In this document: piece after piece, positions 13,001-25,030 of the stretch
Layout of the letters: each line of letters starts with the position of its first letter
How positions within the stretch are numbered: position 1 is the first letter of the stretch
Source of the DNA: Macrostomum hystrix
Lineage: Eukaryota; Animalia; Platyhelminthes
DNA: 64,000 nucleotides
Direction: 5' to 3'
Assembly: GCA_950097015.1 (NCBI GenBank)
Contig: CATNEN010000033.1
Coordinates: forward strand, 1,550,001 to 1,614,000
Made by a program: the position numbers and the translations under genes
Notes under the pieces: model-generated
Seen by the model: only the letters and a program-made list of their open reading frames with translations
What the model was told of the DNA's origin: nothing
The model's database searches: none

Positions 13001-16000
13001 TCTTATTTAATCCGCTGACCCTAGTCCTAAAAACGAGCGATTAAAAATATTATGATCCTTTTAACTTCGTTAGTAACGGAATATTTTTGTAACGATATTT
13101 TCAACGCCCGCAGCCAAACACAGGCTTACGAGAAGCAGTTGGCCGACTGCACGACCTTCGAGCACGTCGCCAGCGTTCGAGCCAAGTGCGACTGCACCAT
13201 CGAGGGTGTGTTGGAGCTCAGCAAGGGCGAGAAGCCGATTCGAACCTACTGCAACGACATCCTGGGAGCTCAGGAGCCGTACAAGCTGCTGCCTCTCCTG
13301 ACTGACGTGATTAAATTTCTGCTCACAGACCAGAAGCAACACAACTACAGCATGGTCGAGAGGGGTGCCATCTGGGCTGAACGATATCAGAATGCGTCCG
13401 AGAATAACAGGGACTTGCTGGTGGACCTGTCGGCGCGAATTCTGGCCGCGTTTCCCAGCATCAGACAGAGAGTGAACCGCATGAAGTGCGCCCTGCCAAG
13501 GCTGAAGTCAGGCAGGCAGCAGTCGGTGTGTCTGAACATCTGCAACTACACCACTTATGACTTCTCCGTGTTCCAGAGCCGGTGGCCTGATCTCGGCTTC
13601 GACATTCGCGGCGCCAGGATTCGTCTCGCTCGCATCGCCAGGATGATTCAGGGCCGACTGGACGCTGTGAACCAGATTCTCAAGGTGCGGATGTAGCGAG
13701 GAGCCGGCTCTGATGCCAGTCTAGTCACACGGAGTTTGTAACTCAATGAAGCCCAAGGGAGGCAATTTGCGTCCTTGAGAAACACAATATTTAAGTGTTT
13801 CAGTTCAACCAGTTGTACCATTGGGGCCAGTGAGGGGCCCCCGATAGTCCATGGACTGAACAGCTGTACGCAGCCTTTAGAATATGCGGCTGGCTGTGTC
13901 GTACATCTGGCCTAACTGGGTGACATTTCAATATCTATTTTATAGTCTGGAGATCTTGAAAAGTAGCATAAAATTAGTGAACAGCGCCGAGGAAGTAAGG
14001 CGAAGGCGAGGCAGTGGCGAGCAAAGTGAACAAAGCGGGGAACAAAGCCCCTGTGAGGTGCGAAAGTGTACTTTTAGCAATATTGTTATAAAACTGTGGT
14101 AAGGAAGATTAGGAAGTAAAAAAAGCATGGATAAAGATAAAAAAATTGAGCACGGGAGGGCGAGACAGGGCAGCCTGCCCTGAGCCCTGCGCACGGCGTT
14201 AAAAACACGCCCAAAGGCTGGGGGGTGGGGCAGCACAAGCGCTCACGCGAGAGAAAGCGATCGATAAAGGCGGCCCTCCCCCCGCCGCGTTCACTAACCC
14301 GGAGTAGCTACGCTACTCTCCACATTTAGCGTAATAGCCATGAAAACTCCACAAGAGTTGGTGGGACCAGATGCTGTGACTGTAGAGTTGTCGCTTATTT
14401 TCCATTGAAGGGCCAGAACCACGCTCTCAACCACTCGATCGCGCTTCACAAAGTGGACCTTCACCAGTGCCTGGAGGACGAGCTTAACTCCAAGGCCAAC
14501 GTGTTCCACAATGACAGCCTGTGCAAACGGGTGCACGATATTGTGCGCCAGAGCTTCCTGCAGCTGCGAGTCTACCCGAAGACCCTGACAGTCAGGCAAC
14601 TATTCGAAGAGAGAAGCTACGAGCTAGTTAACCTGTTCTCCGATCTTGGGGGCATCATGGGTGAGTAGCAGTGCTGAGCCTGTTCCCTGATCTTGGCGGC
14701 ATCATGGGTGAGTAGCAGTGCTGAGCCTGTTCCCTGATCTTGGCGGCATCATGGGTGAGTAGCAGTGCTGAGCCTGTTCTCTGTTCTTGGGGGCATCATG
14801 GGTGAGTAGCAGTGCTGAGCCTGTTCTCTGTTCTTCGGGGCATCATGGGTGAGTAGCAGTGCTGAGCCTGTTCTCTGTTCTTCGGGGCATCATGGGTGAG
14901 TAGCAGTGCTGAGCCTGTTCTCTGATCTTGGCGGCATCATGGGTGAGTAGCAGTGCTGAGCCTGTTCTCTGATCTTGGCGGCATCATGGGTGAGTAGCAG
15001 TGCTGAGCCTGTTCTCTGATCTTGGCGGCATCATGGGTGAGTAGCAGTGCTGAGCCTGTTCTCTGTTCTTGGGGGCATCATTGGTGAGTAGCAGTGCTGA
15101 GCCTGTTCTCTGATCTTGGCGGCATCATTGGTGAGTAGCAGTGCTGAGCCTGTTCTCTGATCTTGGCGGCATCATGGGTGAGTAGCAGTGCTGAGCCTGT
15201 TTTCTGATCTTGGCGGCATCATGGGTGAGTAGCAGTGCTGAGCCTGTTCTCTGATCTTGGCGGCATCATTGGTGAGTAGCAGTGCTGAGCCTGTTCTCTG
15301 ATCTTGGCGGCATCATTGGTGAGTAGCAGTGCTGAGCCTGTTCTCTGATCTTGGCGGCATCATGGGTGAGTAGCAGTGCTGAGCCTGTTTTCTGATCTTG
15401 GCGGCATCATGGGTGAGTAGCAGTGCTGAGCCTGTTCTCTGATCTTTGCGGCATCATGGGTGAGTAGCAGTGCTGAGCCTGTTCTCTGTTCTTCGGGGCA
15501 TCATGGGTGAGTAGCAGTGCTGAGCCTGTTCTCTGTTCTTCGGGGCATCATGGGTGAGTAGCAGTGCTGAGCCTGTTCTCTGATCTTCGGGGCATCATGG
15601 GTGAGTAGCAGTGCTGAGCCTGTTCTCTGATCTTCGGGGCATCATTGGTGAGTAGCAGTGCTGAGCCTGTTCTCTGATCTTGGCGGCATCATGGGTGAGT
15701 AGCAGTGCTGAGCCTGTTCTCTGTTCTTCGGGGCATCATTGGTGAGTAGCAGTGCTGAGCCTGTTCTCTGATCTTGGCGGCATCATGGGTGAGTAGCAGT
15801 GCTGAGCCTGTTCTCTGATCTTTGCGGCATCATGGGTGAGTAGCAGTGCTGAGCCTGTTTTCTGATCTTGGCGGCATCATGGGTGAGTAGCAGTGCTGAG
15901 CCTGTTCTCTGATCTTTGCGGCATCATGGGTGAGTAGCAGTGCTGAGCCTGTTCTCTGATCTTGGCGGCATCATGGGTGAGTAGCAGTGCTGAGCCTGTT

Positions 16001-17026
16001 CTCTGATCTTTGCGGCATCATGGGTGAGTAGAGCAGTGAGAAGTTTGGTTTAAGTGCGTCAGAATATTCATGCGGAAGCACTCCTACCGATTGGTTCCAG
16101 TAGCTTGGGAGTGCAGTGCAGTTAAAATATTGCATTTAACTTGGTGTCAACTGACTGACTTTATTTTAAGCCGAAAGTTTAAGCGCGAATGCCATCTATG
16201 GGGAACGTTAATTGAAATCTCGCATATAAAATTGTAAAAGCACTCACTCTGACTTCTCAAAAGCGAATCGAACTCACGCAAAGTTGACAATTCAATTAGC
16301 CATCTAAGAATGTTCTGCACCCTCTCATACGCAGGTCTGTGGATCGGCGTCTCAATGGTGACGCTGTGTGAGTTCGCAGAGATCCTACTAATAGTAGTGT
16401 CCTATTACATGCGATCCGCGTTGAGAAAGGTCACCCGCCTGGCTGAAGGCGTGACTGTAGAGCTGAAGATGGACCAGGCGCAGCGCGCCGGTGGCAGCAA
16501 CCATCGCGACCCCCGCGACAGTCCGGATCGGGCCACCAACGACCCAGCGCGGCTGTCGCTACTGGGCAGCAGTCGGAAGCTCGGCAACCACTTTGACCAC
16601 AGCAGCAACCCGAATGTGTACCAGCAGCCCCGGCTGCAGGCTAGCCGGCAGTGGCGTCGGCGCGAATTCGAGACCGCCTCGGTCGGCAACCCGTGGACGG
16701 AACTTCAGTCGCCATTGTTGCCCTCGACGGTTCCAGATGCGTCGCCCCCGCTGCCGCAGCCGGCGCCACCACCGATGCCGCCTCCATCTTCGCTTCCAGC
16801 TGGATACACGCACGTTGGATGCGCTTTCAGTAATCGATCGGATGGCAACGACACCGGAGGGACCGTCGCTGCTAAGCCGCCGCAACCGACGCTGCTGCTG
16901 CTCCCGGCCGGAGCGGCAGGAAATCTGCGACAATCAGGACGGCGACGGACGAAGCGCAGCGGAGACGCCGGCGACGTGAGTCCACCAGCCTGCGCGGTGC
17001 TCTACAATCGGGAGACTCAGCTGTGA
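4097..17026 (+). CDS. DEG/ENaC family (ASIC/FaNaC-like) amiloride-sensitive channel subunit; 5 coding exons: 4097-4960, 10372-10526, 13114-13684, 14411-14660, 16335-17026
   Basis: Family motifs FAHKTSAHG (HG gating motif), TM1, FPDVTFC, YGNCFSF, GLRVVVHQE|DTIPYP, Cys-rich thumb, SRWP, YELVNLFSDLGGIM|GLWIGVS (TM2, GxS filter). GT-AG junction phases (0,2,0,1) all join in frame. Start ATG uncertain (4097 or 4184). Confidence 0.93.
6375..7220. repeat. 31-bp minisatellite (~25 copies) in ENaC intron 1
   Basis: CTCAATCAAGCTTGATGGTTATTGATCTGTG with degenerate edges. Confidence 0.95.
7962..8125. repeat. 8-bp tandem repeat (TGTCATGC)n
   Basis: Direct reading. Confidence 0.95.
8140..8500 (-). pseudogene. 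Tc1/mariner-IS630 superfamily transposase relic (C-terminal DDE region)
   Basis: VVLFDGARAH...FLPPYSPFINPVE matches the DNAxxH / LPPYSPxLNPIE motifs; followed by an in-frame stop, with an apparent frameshift upstream. Confidence 0.8.
9020..9265. repeat. 21-bp minisatellite (~11 copies)
   Basis: AACCTGTTAGACACAGATTCA repeated. Confidence 0.95.
9721..9765 (+). repeat. Interstitial telomeric-type (TTAGGG)n tract
   Basis: CTAGGG TTAGGT TTAGGG x5 then degenerate. Confidence 0.85.
10550..11040. repeat. 14-bp minisatellite at the start of ENaC intron 2
   Basis: GTTGGAATCCCGTA and variants. Confidence 0.95.
13740..13935 (+). mobile_element. Degenerate copy of the tRNA-derived SINE family also at 45197 and 51474
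   Basis: Shares ATTTG(C/T)GTCCTT, TTCAG.TCA.CCAG.TGT and AGTCCATGGACTGAACA..TGTACGCAGC with the 51474 copy. Confidence 0.65.
14632..16031 (+). repeat. 47-bp x30 array spanning the ENaC exon 4 end and its 5' splice site
   Basis: Unit CCTGTTCTCTGATCTTGGCGGCATCATGG|GTGAGTAGCAGTGCTGAG; first donor 14661, last donor 16024 = exactly 29 x 47 bp. Confidence 0.97.
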
Positions 17027-17302
17027 CGGCTGATCAGCTGACAATCTGCCACTGAGTAGAAGTTTTCTGAGCTGCCTTGCACAGGGAGGCAGTGTGATCG
17101 TCAACTATCAACTGAAACTTGTCTGCTCACAGCTTTCAATTAGAACTTTTACTGCTCGAAAGATCAAAACTTTGCCTTGTTAAGGCGCATTACTAAGCTA
17201 ACGCTTCTCGTGACAAACGAAGAAATAATTTGCTAATGTTTTTCTTTCTTCGAATATTTCTTCAGCTTGACTAATGAACGCATCTCAATTGCCCGAGATT
17301 GC

Positions 17303-17830
17303 ATCGTCCTCTCAGCGCTCAAGTTCAACTGTCACTCCATCGTCCTCTCAGCGCTCAAGTTCAACTGTCACTCCATCGTCCTCAAAGCGCTCAAGTTCAA
17401 CTGTCACTCCCTCGTCCTCTCAGCGCTCAAGTTCAACTGTCACTCCATCGTCCTCTCAGCGCTCAAGTTCAACTGTCACTCCATCGTCCTCTCAGCGCTC
17501 AAGTTCAACTGTCACTCCATCGTCCTCTCAGCGCTCAAGTTCAACTGTCACTCCATCGTCCTCTCAGCGCTCAAGGTCAACTGTCACTCCCTCGTCCTCT
17601 CAGCGCTCAAGTTCAACTGTCACTCCATCGTCCTCTCAGCGCTCAAGGTCAACTGTCACTCCCTCGTCCTCTCAGCGCTCAAGTTCAACTGTCACTCCAT
17701 CGTCCTCTCAGCGCTCAAGGTCAACTGTCACTCCCTCGTCCTCTCAGCGCTCAAGTTCAACTGTCACTCCCTCGTCCTCTCAGCGCTCAAGGTCAACTGT
17801 CACTCCATCGTCCTCTCAGCGCTCAAGCTT
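17303..17830. repeat. 36-bp minisatellite (~14 copies) downstream of the ENaC stop
   Basis: CGTCCTCTCAGCGCTCAAGTTCAACTGTCACTCCAT repeated. Confidence 0.95.
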
Positions 17831-18379
17831 AAATGTCATGCTGCGCCTAAGCTGAGTTGCTCTCGAACTAAAAGTGCATTGGCACTTGCATGCTCGCGCA
17901 GTGCATCGCTGCTCATTTATTTTTTATTTACCAAAGTTTTAACGTGATATTTCAAACCAATTTGATAGCCGGAAACTAGAACACGCTGTTTAATTTCAGT
18001 CTTTCTCTGCCCGTACATGACGCTCCTGATTCTATTTGAGAACATTGCGCTTATCTATTTGAAGCAGTTATGTCTGCGAGTTTGACTGCTACATTAGAGA
18101 CTATATGACACCTCTGAGCACTCTCGTTCAAGCCTGGGTATGCTCAAATGCATAGTTAATACACAAATACATACAATTAATGGGCCTAGACCGAGCTACT
18201 TGTCCGAAATGATCAGCTTCGATGCGTTGCCGTTAATTGAAACCCCAACTATGGCATCCTGCAGCAGATCATCTTCTGTCTGTCTCAATACCTGCCCCAG
18301 GTGATGCGAATACCCATGCGGGCAAGGCCAGGTGTTTTAGATGGATGGCTAAGAAAATATTAAGAAAACTCGACTCTGT

Positions 18380-20038
18380 GACAGAGCCAGCTGTCACTGA
18401 CTGTATGGCTGTCACTGACTGTATGGCTGTCACTGACTGTATGGCTGTCACTGACTGTATGGCTGTCACTGACTGTATGGCTGTCACTGACTGTATAGCT
18501 GTCACTGACTGTATGGCTGTCACTGACTGTATGGCTGTCACTGACTGTATGGCTGTCACTGACTGTATGGCTGTCACTGACTGTATGGCTGTCACTGACT
18601 GTATGGCTGTCACTGACTGTATGGCTGTCACTGACTGTATGGCTGTCACTGACTGTATAGCTGTCACTGACTGTATGGCTGTCACTGACTGTATGGCTGT
18701 CACTGACTGTATGGCTGTCACTGACTGTATGGCTGTCACTGACTGTATGGCTGTCACTGACTGTATGGCTGTCACTGACTGTATGGCTGTCACTGACTGT
18801 ATGGCTGTCACTGACTGTATGGCTGTCACTGACTGTATGGCTGTCACTGACTGTATAGCTGTCACTGACTGTATGGCTGTCACTGACTGTATGGCTGTCA
18901 CTGACTGTATGGCTGTCACTGACTGTATGGCTGTCACTGACTGTATGGCTGTCACTGACTGTATGGCTGTCACTGACTGTATGGCTGTCACTGACTGTAT
19001 GGCTGTCACTGACTGTATGGCTGTCACTGACTGTATAGCTGTCACTGACTGTATGGCTGTCACTGACTGTATGGCTGTCACTGACTGTATGGCTGTCACT
19101 GACTGTATGGCTGTCTTACTTTACTTAATTGCAGGGGGGCCTGGGGCACTTGACGCACAAGCGCAGGAACGGCATGCCCCCAGGCCGGCGAACTAGGCGG
19201 GAGTCGCCCATCGCGCCATCTAGACCCCTGAACACAGGCACCTCATACACAGCCGCAAGCCAAGCGGGGAAGGGGGCGGCAGCCGGAGTGCCTCTCACCC
19301 CCAGGCCCGCACACGCACAGAGCTGACCAAACCAGGGGAGGACTTATATGCCTGAAGGGTAGGGACGAGAGGACCAAGCCACGCGCGCAGACGGCTGGTG
19401 AAACCTCGCCGCTCAGAGCACGCAAGGCTGGTGCACACCCGCCCCACCCCCCATACAACGCCTCACACCCGGCCCAACGCACAAACACAAACACAAACAA
19501 GCAGGCACACAGAAGGCAGGAGCGAAGCTATTATTTCAAGCTTTGATTGCACGAAATATGGTGCACCTCCGCCGGTCGCTACTGTCCAAACCCACCCAAC
19601 AAGTCCCGAAATTAATCGTGACTTGAAGGGTTAATCGAACTAGCGTCCTTTGGAGTGCGAGGCAGCGACGTTAGCCGCTGACCCACTCGCCCCCTGTATG
19701 GCTGTCACTGACTGTATAGCTGTCACTGACTGTATGGCTGTCACTGACTGTATAGCTGTCACTGACTGTATGGCTGTCACTGACTGTATGGCTGTCACTG
19801 ACTGTATGGCTGTCACTGACTGTATGGCTGTCACTGACTGTATGGCTGTCACTGACTGTATGGCTGTCACTGACTGTATGGCTGTCACTGACTGTATGGC
19901 TGTCACTGACTGTATGGCTGTCACTGACTGCATGGCTGTCACTGACTGTATGGCTGTCACTGACTGTATGGCTGTCACTGACTGTATGGCTGTCACTGAC
20001 TGTATAGCTGTCACTGACTGTATGGCTGTCACTGACTG
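18380..20038. repeat. 18-bp minisatellite split in two (18380-19114; 19694-20038) by an insertion
   Basis: GCTGTCACTGACTGTATG repeated. Confidence 0.97.
19115..19693 (-). mobile_element. tRNA-headed SINE-like retroposon (~580 bp) inserted into the 18-bp satellite
   Basis: Minus strand starts GGGGCGAGTGGGTCAGCGGCTAACGTCGCTGCCTCGCACTCCAAAGGACGCTAGTTCGATT (A-box and B-box-like) and ends in AAGTAAAGTAAG; CTGTATGGCTGT flanks both sides. Confidence 0.7.
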
Positions 20039-20626
20039 CCAAAATAATGGAAATTTCGTGAGCATACTAATTATGACTATATTGGTGGCTTTTGCCACCA
20101 GACATCCCGACGAGAATCGTTGAATATCTCGACGTTGCCGATGTTTTGTGATTCTGGAAGTTGGTTCATCGGATACAGAAAAAAATGGTGCATTTGAAAC
20201 ATTCCCGTGGTGTTTTGACTGATTGCACTTATTTTTTAAGCATAAATTTGAAGCATAAAGTCCTTTGTTTGATGCTGTTTGATTCCAAGTCATTTGTACA
20301 TGCTTTGCAGCACGTATCGAAACAAAAAGCACGCTTTAATAAAGTACAGAAAGAGATGAAGACTGCAAATCGAGACGCTGCACCAGATGCGGATCTGCAC
20401 GTACCGTTGATGAAGCCAAAGCAAATAGTGAAAAAAGCAGATGCAGCTACAAGCTGGGATTTTAAATCGATAAATTACAATAGCAAGCCAATGCCCCATC
20501 ATGATAACTTACAAAACAACTGAAGTGCATTGCACAGATTGTCTGGTAAATAAACTAGCATTCCTGTCCATTGGTCCTGAGATAATAGATGAAGTGATAA
20601 CGACCAGGCTCAATACCTCACTTTAA

Positions 20627-23600
20627 CCCTGACTTATCCCCATAGCATCTCCCTGACTTATCCCCATAGCATCTCCCTGACTTATCCCCAGCATCTCCCT
20701 GACTTATCCCCATAGCATCTCCCTGACTTATCCCCAGCATCTCCCTGACTTATCCCCATAGCATCTCCCTGACTTATCCCCATAGCATCTCCCTGACTTA
20801 TCCCCAGCATCTCCCTGACTTATCCCCAGCATCTCCCTGACTTATCCCCATAGCATCTCCCTGACTTATCCCCATAGCATCTCCCTGACTTATCCCCATA
20901 GCATCTCCCTGACTTATCCCCATAGCATCTCCCTGACTTATCCCCATAGCATCTCCCTGACTTATTCCCATAGCATCACCCTGACTTATCCCCATAGCAT
21001 CTCCCTGACTTATCCCCATAGCATCTCCCTGACTTATCCCCAGCATCTCCCTGACTTATCCCCATAGCATCTCCCTGACTTATCCCCATAGCATCTCCCT
21101 GACTTATCCCCAGCATCTCCCTGACTTATCCCCATAGCATCTCCCTGACTTATCCCCGTAGCATCTCCCTGACTTATCCCCATAGCATCTCCCTGACTTA
21201 TCCCCAGCATCTCCCTGACTTATCCCCATAGCATCTCCCTGACTTATCCCCATAGCATCTCCCTGACTTATCCCCATAGCATCTCCCTGACTTATCCCCA
21301 TAGCATCTCCCTGACTTATCCCCATAGCATCTCCCTGACTTATCCCCATAGCATCTCCCTGACTTATCCTCATAGCATCTCCCTGACTTATCCCCATAGC
21401 ATCTCCCTGACTTATCCCCATAGCATCTCCCTGACTTATCCCCATAGCATCTCCCTGACTTATCCCCAGCATCTCCCTGAATTATCCCCATAGCATCTCC
21501 CTGACTTATCCCCATAGCATCTCCCTGACTTATCCCCATAGCATCTCCCTGACTTATCCCCATAGCATCTCCCTGACTTATCCCCATAGCATCTCCCTGA
21601 CTTATCCCCATAGCATCTCCCTGACTTATCCCCATAGCATCTCCCTGACTTATCCCCATAGCATCTCCCTGACTTATCCCCATAGCATCTCCCTGACTTA
21701 TCCCCAGCATCTCCCTGAATTATCCCCATAGCATCTCCCTGACTTATCCCCATAGCATCTCCCTGACTTATCCCCCGCATCTCCCTGACTTATCCCCAGC
21801 ATCTCCCTGACTTATCCCCCGCATCTCCCTGACTTATCCCCATAGCATCTCCCTGACTTATCCCCAGCATCTCCCTGACTTATCCCCAGCATCTCCCTGA
21901 CTTATCCCCCGCATCTCCCTGACTTATCTCCATAGCATCTCCCTGACTTATCCCCATAGCATCTCCCTGACTTATCCCCCGCATCTCCCTGACTTATCCC
22001 CATAGCATCTCCCTGACTTATCCCCATAGCATCTCCCTGACTTATCCCCATAGCATCTCCCTGACTTATCCCCATAGCATCTCCCTGACTTATTCCCATA
22101 GCATCTCCCTGACTTATCCCCAGCATCTCCCTGAATTATCCCCATAGCATCTCCCTGACTTATCCCCATAGCATCTCCCTGACTTATCCCCATAGCATCT
22201 CCCTGACTTATCCCCATAGCATCTCCCTGACTTATCCCCATAGCATCTCCCTGACTTATCCACATAGCATCTCCCTGACTTATCCCCAGCATCTCCCTGA
22301 CTTATCCCCAGCATCTCCCTGACTTATCCCCATAGCATCTCCCTGACTTATCCCCATAGCATCTCCCTGACTTATCCCCATAGCATCTCCCTGACTTATC
22401 CCCAGCATCTCCCTGACTTATCCCCATAGCATCTCCCTGACTTATCCCCAGCATCTCCCTGACTTATCCCCATAGCATCTCCCTGACTTATCCCCATAGC
22501 ATCTCCCTGACTTATCCCCAGCATCTCCCTGACTTATCCCCATAGCATCTCCCTGACTTAATCCCCAGCATCTCCCTGACTTATCCCCATAGCATCTCCC
22601 TGACTTATTCCCCATAGCATCTCCCTGACTTATCCCCATAGCATCTCCCTGACTTATCCCCATAGCATCTCCCTGACTTATCCCCATAGCATCTCCCTGA
22701 CTTATCCCCATAGCATCTCCCTGACTTATCCCCATAGCATCTCCCTGACTTATCCCCATAGCATCTCCCTGACTTATCCCCATAGCATCTCCCTGACTTA
22801 TCCCCATAGCATCTCCCTGACTTATCCCCATAGCATCTCCCTGACTTATCCCCATAGCATCTCCCTGACTTATCCCCATAGCATCTCCCTGACTTATCCC
22901 CATAGCATCTCCCTGACTTATCCCCATAGCATCTCCCTGACTTATCCCCATAGCATCTCCCTGACTTATCCCCATAGCATCTCCCTGACTTATCCCCATA
23001 GCATCTCCCTGACTTATCCCCAGCATCTCCCTGACTTATCCCCATAGCATCTCCCTGACTTATCCCCATAGCATCTCCCTGACTTATCCCCAGCATCTCC
23101 CTGACTTATCCCCAGCATCTCCTTGAATTATCCCCATAGCATCTCCCTGACTTATCCCCATAGCATCTCCCTGACTTATCCCCATAGCATCTCCCTGACT
23201 TATCCCCATAGCATCTCCCTGACTTATCCCCATAGCATCTCCCTGACTTATCCCCATAGCATCTCCCTGACTTATCCCCAGCATCTCCCCTGACTTATCC
23301 CCAGCATCTCCCTGACTTATCCCCCGCATCTCCCTGACTTATCTCCATAGCATCTCCCTGACTTATCCCCATAGCATCTCCCTGACTTATCCCCATAGCA
23401 TCTCCCTGACTTATCCCCATAGCATCTCCCTGACTTATCCCCATAGCATCTCCCTGACTTATCCCCATAGCATCTCCCTGACTTATTCCCATAGCATCTC
23501 CCTGACTTATCCCCAGCATCTCCCTGAATTATCCCCATAGCATCTCCCTGACTTATCCCCATAGCATCTCCCTGACTTATCCCCAGCATCTCCCTGACTT

Positions 23601-25030
23601 ATCCCCATAGCATCTCCCTGACTTATCCCCAGCATCTCCCTGACTTATCCCCATAGCATCTCCCTGACTTATCCCCATAGCATCTCCCTGACTTATCCCC
23701 AGCATCTCCCTGAATTATCCCCATAGCATCTCCCTGACTAATCCCCAGCATCTCCCTGACTTATCCCCATAGCATCTCCCTGACTTATCCCCATAGCATC
23801 TCCCTGACTTATCCCCAGCATCTCCCTGACTTATTCCCATAGCATCTCCCTGACTTATCCCCATAGCATCTCCCTGACTTATCCCCATAGCATCTCCCTG
23901 ACTTATCCCCATAGCATCTCCCTGACTTATCCCCATAGCAACTCCCTGACTTATCCCCATAGCATCTCCCTGACTTATCCCCAGCATCTCCCTGAATTAT
24001 CCCCATAGCATCTCCCTGACTTATCCCCATAGCATCTCCCTGACTTATCCCCATAGCATCTCCCTGACTTATCCTCATAGCATCTCCCTGACTTATCCTC
24101 ATAGCATCTCCCTGACTTATCCCCATAGCATCTCCCTGACTTACCCCATAGCATCTCCCTGACTTATCCCCAGCATCTCCCTGACTTATCCCCATAGCAT
24201 CTCCCTGACTTATCCCCATAGCATCTCCCTGACTTATCCCCAGCATCTCCCTGACTTATCCCCATAGCATCTCCCTGACTTATCCCCATAGCATCTCCCT
24301 GACTTATCCCCATAGCATCTCCCTGACTTATCCCCATAGCATCTCCCTGACTTATCCCCATAGCATCTCCCTGACTTATCCCCATAGCATCTCCCTGACT
24401 TATCCCCATAGCATCTCCCTGACTTATCCCCATAGCATCTCCCTGACTTATCCCCATGGCATCTCCCTGACTTATCCCCATAGCATCTCCCTGAATTATC
24501 CCCATAGCATCTCCCTGACTTATCCCCATAGCATCTCCCTGACTTATCCCCAGCATCTCCCTGACTTATCCCCATAGCATCTCCCTGACTTATCCCCATA
24601 GCATCTCCCTGACTTATCCCCATAGCATCTCCCTGACTTATCCCCATAGCATCACCCTGACTTATCCCCATAGCATCTCCCTGACTTATCCCCATAGCAT
24701 CTCCCTGACTTATCCCCATAGCATCTCCCTGACTTATCCCCATGGCATCTCCCTGACTTATCCCCATAGCATCTCCCTGAATTATCCCCATAGCATCTCC
24801 CTGACTTATCCCCATAGCATCTCCCTGACTTATCCCCAGCATCTCCCTGACTTATCCCCATAGCATCTCCCTGACTTATCCCCATAGCATCTCCCTGACT
24901 TATCCCCATAGCATCTCCCTGACTTATCCCCATAGCATCACCCTGACTTATCCCCATAGCATCTCCCTGACTTATCCCCATAGCATCTCCCTGACTTATC
25001 CCCATAGCATCTCCCTGACTTATCCCCAGC
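20627..25030. repeat. 4.4-kb satellite of 24-bp units with interspersed 22-bp variants
   Basis: GACTTATCCCCATAGCATCTCCCT and variant lacking TA. Confidence 0.98.

Noticed and set aside
14401-14416. Apparent excess of AAG acceptors (14410, 29478, 51954)
   Set aside because: Small sample, and 14410 has an in-frame CAG alternative 6 nt downstream, so no claim of unusual splice chemistry is justified.
14632-16031. CRISPR-like regular repeats (also other arrays)
   Set aside because: Head-to-tail tandem units without unique spacers, no cas genes, eukaryotic context.
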